Assembly: GCA_964016885.1 (NCBI GenBank)
Contig: OZ024760.1
Location: 7,254,001-7,318,000 of the forward strand
DNA length: 64,000 bases
Direction of reading: 5' to 3'
DNA from: Eledone cirrhosa
Lineage: Eukaryota
The translations under genes and the position numbers were made by a program. Shown piece after piece: positions 56,753-64,000 of this stretch (position 1 is the stretch's first letter; the number at the start of each line of letters is the position of its first letter). The notes under the pieces are model-generated. The model did not search any database and was not told the DNA's origin. It was given only the letters and a program-made list of their open reading frames with translations.

Positions 56753-57928
56753 GGAGGGGTGTTAGAATATTAGTAAATATGTAGTGGTGGTGGTGGTGGT
56801 GGTAAGGAGTAGAGTGGGTGTGGTGTAGGGTAGGGCGAGTTAGTATGTTGATAAATGTGTTGTGGGGGGATGGACCCTGTAAAAGACAGTGGTGGATTAG
56901 TATATTAGTACTTTAGTATACGGTATGATGGTGAATTGGTATGATATTTACTAATTAAAACTAATTAAATGACTGATGTTATTATGTATATAAACATACG
57001 CAGTGGATTGACAGTAATTGGTAGAGCGTTGAACAACATGCTTCACGGCGTAGTGTTACGGCCCTTTGTGTTTTGAGTTAAAATCCCGCTGTGGTTAACT
57101 TTGCTTTTCATCCTTACAAGGTAGATAAATAAAGTACCAGTAATGCACTGGGGTCAATTTAATTGACTTTCCCATCTCCCCTTCAAATAGCTAGCCTTGC
57201 GCCTAAATCAGAAACCATTATCTTATACATAATGATTGGAGAACTGCAAGACTATGTCTTCTTTATTTTTTATTATCACGTTATTAAAATAAGTTTGATT
57301 ACTTTGAATAAATCATGAATGAATATTATATAATTTATCTACTAAATTTCGTAGCTCTTGATTAAACATAAATAATCTTATATATAAATTATATTGCTTA
57401 TTTCAAGATTCACTTCTTTAAAAATGTTTAAATGTCAACACTTCTGTTATATTTCCGTTGCTAATCTCATTTTCTCCTTTTCCATTTTCATAACAGTTCA
57501 CTGTAATGCAGTTTATATATAATATCGTCTTTTTTAAATGTATCATGGATTACTTTACTGATTACAGAAGACAGTGTAACACAGCCTCTTTTTAATTTCT
57601 GTGCATATTGTCAATTTACTTTTCACTCGACGTATCATATCTACATGCATATATACATGCGTATAATATCAATTTGCACACTACACATGGTAGCAGAAAT
57701 CCAAGTGGAGAGTGGTTTTTCTGCTAGTGTATATAAAAATATATTGGAGGGCGAGGCAGTGAATTGGCGGAGTCATGGAGTCGTTAGAGCGTCAGATAGA
57801 ATGGTTTATAGTATTTGTTACAGCTACTTGTGTTCTGAGTTCAAATCCCGATTCTGTCAAGGTCCACTTTACCTTTCATCCTTTACCAAGGCTGTCAATA
57901 AAGAAAGCACCATCCTACTGATGGTGCA

Positions 57929-57980
<52 letters not shown>

Positions 57981-58351
57981 CCCTCTCCCTCTCTCTCTCT
58001 CCTTCCAACTGTCACATCCTGGATGTCCCCGCTGGATGAAAGGAGGGAAATATGAGAGAGTGTCTGCCAGGATCCACATTGCTTTTCATCCTTTCTGAGA
58101 TGGTCCATAAAGAAAGTACCAAGCCAGTGCTAGTTCAGTCCTTTCTCTCTCTCTCTCTCCACCTGTCACATCCTGGGTTCTACTGGGTTCTACTGAGTCA
58201 CCTCACCCTACAAAAAAGAAAAAAGTAAAATAGCCTCTTGTAATGATTGCTCTGCTATATCCTTCTTTCTTTCCCACAGAATGAATACCCTTGCACCCCC
58301 CCACCCCCCCACCCCTATCCGGAATGGAACTGCCATGCTTCTGCTACTTAC

Positions 58352-58478
58352 CCATCGTCCTACCATGGAAGGCATTCCGGAAAGATAGAATGGATAGATC
58401 AGGGGAACCAGGTAGCTGGTTCATAAGACACGACTCAAGTTCTTCTGCCGTTGGTGGCTGACCTTTCCTCTTCTGTCT
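58352..58478 (-). CDS. ABAT: 4-aminobutyrate aminotransferase exon
   Basis: 127 nt, [42 protein letters not shown](G); AFHGRT motif. Confidence 0.95.
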
Positions 58479-59646
58479 CTGAAATCAAATACCAGAACAT
58501 TACATTTGTATTGAGAAACCTTCAAACACAATTATTTACACTAGCTGAGTCGTGCATGAAAATTCCAAGGTATAGTTTATATTTATCCAAAGGAAAACTT
58601 CCATCATATTCCATATATGCTTTCTGTTGAGGCTTGGCTTACTTTCTATTATATGTGTAGCCTCCTTAATTTGTCTGAGTGTTGTATCTGTTCTATGTGT
58701 GGATGTTATCTATTGAGCCCCCATGTTCTAGTTATCTAGTGGGATGAAGGTGTTATTATTTCATTTGTGTTTTATGTTCAGGGTAGGTCTATCTTGTATT
58801 ACATGTGTGGCCTCTGTAATTTGTCTGAGTGTTGTGTTGTATCCATTTTGTGTGTAGATAGGACATTTTCTTCTCTGTTATCTATCAAGCCCCCATGTTC
58901 TAGTTAAGTAGTGGGATGAGAATGTTACTATTCGTGTTTCCTGTTGAGACCAAATCTACTCTCTATTATATGTGTGGCCTCCTTAATTTGTCTGACGGTT
59001 TTGTCAGTTCTGTGTGTTGATAGGATCTTTATTTCTATCTTATCTATCAATTCCCCGTGTTCTAGTTTAGCATGTTGGTAAAACACTGACAAGCTTTTCT
59101 CCTCTTTGATTTCTCATCAGTGTTCCTTCATCCTCTCTCCTATGCTATGGGCTGTCTCACCTATATATGTCATTGCCTTATTTCTGCACTGTCCCTCTGT
59201 ACATCTTATCCTACAGTTTACCTGCAGGCTTACCTTACACACTGAACAGTTTCTGTCTGTACAGGGGCTTTCTTAAAAGAGAGACAGCCCATAGCATGAG
59301 TGGGTTGGAGTAGCGAGTATATATACATCCCTGTTCTTTCTCCAACTCATACCAGCATAGAAATAAAAAACTAGTGACATATGCGCACATACAATCATCA
59401 TCATCATCACTTTACGTCCACTTTTCCCTGCTTGCAAGATAGATATAGATAGATAGATAGATAGATAGATATATTTCTTTATTAGCCACAGGGGCACAAA
59501 AGAAGGGGACAAATACAAAGGGGGAAGTTTACATACAATAAAAACGTGTAAAATGTTATCACAAATGGAATTTAAAAAGTTAGTCGATTTTCCCCAATAG
59601 AGGGAGACAGTTTATATGGGTAACAGATAGATAGATAGAGATATAT

Positions 59647-59677
<31 letters not shown>

Positions 59678-59861
59678 TATAGATATATATAGATAGATAG
59701 ATAGATAGATAGATAGATTTCTTTATTAGCCACAAGGGTGCAACAAGAAAGGGGACAATACAAAGACAGATATAGATATATATATAGAGATAGATAGATA
59801 GAGATATAGATATATTTTTAAATTGAAAATAAATTGAAAGAGGTAATCTAAGGTTCAATAC

Positions 59862-59954
59862 CTGGTAAATCATAAACATGGATTTTAAACAGTTTTCCAC
59901 AGAGCAGGCTCCACAGGCCATTGTTTGGACGTGGGTTAAGTTAGGTGGTGCCAC
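59862..59954 (-). CDS. ABAT: 4-aminobutyrate aminotransferase exon
   Basis: 93 nt, VAPPNLTHVQTMACGACSVENCLKSMFMIYQ; CGxC motif. Confidence 0.96.
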
Positions 59955-60059
59955 CTACAGAAGACAAGGAAAAAAATGTCAGTATTGGTCAGTGGTAGAT
60001 ACATTGCCACTACTATCATCATTATCATCATTTTTGTTATCTCTTAGACTGGCTTTTGA

Positions 60060-60490
60060 TGATGATCAGAGATCAAATTGATTGAAACAGAAATCAAGCT
60101 CACTGAGATAACAATTAAACTGACTCCAGACATCACTTAAAATCAATAAATGATCACAAATCAAATTCACTGAAACAGAGATTAAACTGACTCCAGACAT
60201 CACTTAGAATCGATAGATGATCACAGATCAAACTCACTGAAACAGAGATTAAACTGACTCCAGGCATCACTTAGAATCGATAGATGATCACAGATCAAAC
60301 TCACTGAAACAGAGATTAAACTGACTCCAGACATCACTTAGAATCGATAGATGATCACAGATCAAACTCACTGAAACAGAGATTAAACTGACTCCAGACA
60401 TCACTTAGAATCGATAGTTGATCACAGATCAAACTCACTGAAACAGAGATTAAACTGACTCCAGACATCACACAATCAATAGATGATCAA
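60060..60490. repeat. 67-bp minisatellite
   Basis: Unit attaaactgactccagacatcacttagaatcgatagatgatcacagatcaaactcactgaaacagag. Confidence 0.93.
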
Positions 60491-60530
60491 TTTTAAAAAT
60501 TGAAATCACACTTGAGAAGGGTTTACTTAC

Positions 60531-60611
60531 TGACATCAGTGCATTGTTTAACTTGGTGACCCATTCTTTAGGAGGGAACGAAGAAAGGGCTGGTCTGTTG
60601 ACAAAAAGCGC
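60531..60611 (-). CDS. ABAT: 4-aminobutyrate aminotransferase exon (most 5' exon found in window)
   Basis: 81 nt, ALFVNRPALSSFPPKEWVTKLNNALMS; ttgcag/gtaagt boundaries. Confidence 0.95.
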
Positions 60612-60773
60612 CTGCAATTGAATCAGAAAAAAAGAATAAATACCCAGCATCAAATAATGTAAAGACATTGAGACAGAATTGAATAAGGAGTTGTGAGTAG
60701 ATGTATGTGTTGGACATTGGGGGGGGGGTTTCCAGGGCAGTTCAGGTTTGTTGGGCACCTCATATAACGATAT

Positions 60774-60808
<35 letters not shown>

Positions 60809-61480
60809 ATTTGATAGAGAAATGGCTTCTACATGACTAGAACTGTTTCATTCGAAGGGAATGATCAGTTCTGGTCCTGTTCAAGCCATTTCTATATTAA
60901 ATTTTGTATATACTCTACTAATGTAGTTTTTAACTCCGTTTTTCATTTGAATCCAGCTCCTAATGATTTCTCTCGTTCTGTGTTAAGCTTTTGAAGTTGA
61001 GTGGCTTTAGGCTGCCCTTTCTAGCCATTTTACGATCCACTCATGCCACTATGTGCTGTCTGTCACACAAGGTTTTACTTGTTCTCTCCCTATATACACC
61101 ATGAGTGATATTTAGTTACCTAAATTATCTCTAGGTGTGCTGTTCATATAATCCTTACTCCTGTTGAGATACCCTAGGATTATGTGACGCAGACACTAAT
61201 TTATGGTGAAATAAACTCTCTCTGTAATTTGTCCAGGAGTTTAATAGTTATTGAAATGGTTAGTACATTTTAATTCATTTTTTCCGGTTATTATCTATTT
61301 TCCAATTGTTCATAGATTATATACATTGTACCAAAATGGTTTCCGACCCATGTAATTCAAAACACACTTCTTTGTGTGCCTTTCATCCTTACGGGGTCGA
61401 TAAAATAAAGTACCAGTAATACACTGGGATAATTGCTGGCCTTGTGCCAAAAGTAGAAACAATTATATTATATTACAAAT

Positions 61481-61821
61481 ATCATCATCATCATCATCAT
61501 TTCATTTTACGTCTGCTTTTCCCTGCTTGCAAGGGTGGGACGAGAACTGATTCTGGCTTGATTTCTACAGCTGGATACCCTTCCTAACACCAACCTCATT
61601 TACAGTGAGTGCTGGGTGCTTTTTTGCCGTGGCACCTCCACGACCACTTTACAGTGGAATGATATGGACCCCAGTCCCTATCATCTCATTTCTACAGCTG
61701 AGTAAACTGGAGCAATGTGAAATAAAGTGTCTTGCTCAAGGAAACAACACATCACCTGGTCTGAGAATTGAACTCACAACCTTTCGATTGCAAGGCCAAT
61801 GCTCTAACCACTAAGCCATGT
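61481..61821 (-). mobile_element. SINE family A
   Basis: Near-identical to the 5948-6286 copy. Confidence 0.9.
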
Positions 61822-61824
61822 ATG

Positions 61825-61892
<68 letters not shown>

Positions 61893-62180
61893 CAAATAAC
61901 GAAACGAAATTAAATTTCGTTTTGCTTCTAACTCACTTTTGTATGACTGACGCTTAAACAATTAAGTTAAAAGTGTACATCTACATATGTATACGGAAAT
62001 ATTAGTATGCATATAAATACACACATGTATACATATGTACATGTACTGAGTTTTTCACTGGACACTTTACTGTGAGTGTCCAGCTAGTCTGTATGTAACC
62101 AAACAGACAAACCGGGTTTTAGAGTCATACGGGTTTTCAAGGAAACACATTTCCTCTATTCTCCAGAGAGCCAGACAGGA

Positions 62181-62223
62181 ATATTGGACTAGTTTCGATG
62201 TTATTACATCTCATCAGCAATAT
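62181..62223 (-). ncRNA. Minimal type I hammerhead ribozyme (inverted copy, same strand as ABAT)
   Basis: Exact reverse complement of 63034-63076. Confidence 0.87.
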
Positions 62224-63033
62224 ATACCCATCTTCCGGCTTCTCTAGAGAATCGTAAAAGCACATATCGTTATATGCTTTTTCTATGAAAATTAGTAGTG
62301 GGCAGACTAATTTGCATAGAACGTGAGTCATTGTACGCACCGGTTCAGCGGAAACGATAAAAACAAATAACGAAACGAAATTAAATTTCGTTTCGCTTCT
62401 AACTCACTTTTGTATGACTGACACTTAAACAATTAAGTTAAAAGTGTACATCTACATATGTATACGGAAATATTAGTATGCATATAAATACACACATGTA
62501 TACATATGTACATGTACTGAGTTTTTCCTGGACACTTTACTGTGAGTGTCCAGCTAGTCTGTATGTAACCAAACAGACAAACCGGGTTTTAGAGTCATAC
62601 GGGTTTTCAAGGAAACACATTTCCTCTATTCTCCAATATGTTTCCTTGAAAACCCGTATGACTCTAAAACCCGGTTTGTCTGTTTGGTTACATACAGACT
62701 AGCTGGACACTCACAGTAAAGTGTCCAGTGAAAAACTCAGTACATGTACATATGTATACATGTGTGTATTTATATGCATACTAATATTTCCGTATACATA
62801 TGTAGATGTACACTTTTAACTTAATTGTTTAAGCGTCAGTCATACAAAAGTGAGTTAGAAGCGAAACGAAATTTAATTTCGTTTCGTTATTTGTTTTTAT
62901 CGTTTCCGCTGAACCGGTGCGTACAATGACTCACGTTCTATGCAAATTAGTCTGCCCACTACTAATTTTCATAGAAAAAGCATCTAACGATATGTGCTTT
63001 TACGATTCTCTAGAGAAGCCGGAAGATGGGTAT

Positions 63034-63076
63034 ATATTGCTGATGAGATGTAATAACATCGAAACTAGTCCAATAT
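63034..63076 (+). ncRNA. Minimal type I hammerhead ribozyme
   Basis: ATATTG-CTGATGA-GATGT aata ACATC-GAAA-CTAG-TC-CAATAT: perfect 6-bp stem I, 5-bp stem II, intact core, palindromic ACTAGT stem III, GUC site (cut after 63070). Confidence 0.87.
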
Positions 63077-63291
63077 TCCTGTCTGGCTCTCTGGAGAATA
63101 GAGGAAATGTGTTTCCTTGAAAACCCGTATGACTCTAAAACCCGGTTTGTCTGTTTGGTTACATACAGACTAGCTGGACACTCACAGTAAAGTGTCCAGT
63201 GAAAAACTCAGTACATGTACATATGTATACATGTGTGTATTTATATGCATACTAATATTTCCGTATACATATGTAGATGTACACTTTTAAC

Positions 63292-63384
<93 letters not shown>

Positions 63385-63552
63385 TGAGATATGATAAACC
63401 CAGCCTAATCCAAGCCAGAAATAGTTCCAGCTGCTGTCTTTGTAGAACAATAAATATCTCACTTGCTTCTTTCCAGGAGGAAATGGTAAATTTTCTCCTA
63501 TTGATTCCTGATTTGGTGTATTGGAAGAATTCTATGAGACAAAAGACACAGA

Positions 63553-64000
63553 TGTTGTTGTTGTTGGTGGTGGTGGTGGTGGCGGTGGTGATGATGTTGT
63601 TGTTGTTGTTGTTGGTGGTGATGGCAGTGGTGGTGGTGGTGGTGGTGGTGGTAAAGGTGGTGGTGATGGTGGTGGTAGTGGTGGTGATGGTGGTGGCGGT
63701 GATGATAGTGGTGATGTTGTTGGTGGTGGTAGTGGTGGTGATGGTGGTGGTGGTAGTGGTGTTGTTGGTGGTGATGGTGGTGGTGATGGTGGTGGTAGTG
63801 GTGGTGATGGTGGTGGTGGTAGTGGTGGTGATGGTGGTGGCGGTGATGATAGTGGTGATGTTATTGGTGATGGTGGTGATAGTGGTGGTGATGGTGGTGG
63901 CGGTGATGATAGTGGTGATGTTGGTGATGGTGAGGGTAGTGGTGGTGATGGTGGTGGTAGTAGTGGTGGTGGTGGTGATAGTGGTGGTGTTGTTGGTGAT
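63553..64000. repeat. GGT/GAT trinucleotide low-complexity tract
   Basis: Direct inspection. Confidence 0.95.

Larger units (their letters stand above)
61887..63297. mobile_element. Fold-back element of ~470-bp hammerhead-bearing monomers (retrozyme / non-autonomous Penelope-like)
   Basis: About 1.6 tandem monomers (61887-62635) followed by an inverted ~660-bp copy (62639-63297); (TA)n on both sides; no real ORF. Confidence 0.8.

Noticed and set aside
55569-56765. 398-aa ORF of VVVVARSRCGCG repeats
   Set aside because: 39-bp minisatellite with no stop in one frame; intronic and antisense to ABAT
62137-63120. Twin 67-aa ORFs spanning the hammerheads
   Set aside because: Non-ATG start, no recognisable domain; duplicated only because of the inverted repeat
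63463-63531. Possible further ABAT exon (ag...gtgag bounded)
   Set aside because: No frame resembles the expected GYxHP-containing ABAT segment

Overview
Eukaryotic (animal) genomic DNA, AT-rich and dense in microsatellites and SINEs. The repeat landscape resembles a coleoid cephalopod such as Octopus (inference, not verified). Three spliced protein-coding genes lie on the minus strand: AP-3 complex subunit delta (AP3D1, coding exons 1-3, continuing off the left edge), a complete three-exon Josephin-domain deubiquitinase (216 aa), and nine 3' coding exons of 4-aminobutyrate aminotransferase (ABAT, 5' end probably off the right edge). Most ORFs in the supplied track are repeat artefacts. Introns and spacers hold tRNA-derived SINEs, RTE-type LINE fragments, mariner, hAT and Helentron-like elements, and many minisatellites. 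The most striking signal is a set of mutually dissimilar, non-coding fold-back elements, most of them sitting in (TA)n tracts. They share one layout: unpaired tail, long inverted repeat, short loop. Most carry type I hammerhead-ribozyme motifs: a textbook minimal one in a ~470-bp tandem monomer at 61.9-63.3 kb, a U3:A8 compensatory variant at 28.7-29.1 kb, and others at 15.2/15.3, 15.7, 21.7, 46.1 and 52.4 kb. These look like Penelope-like or retrozyme-type elements. All folds and translations were done by eye.
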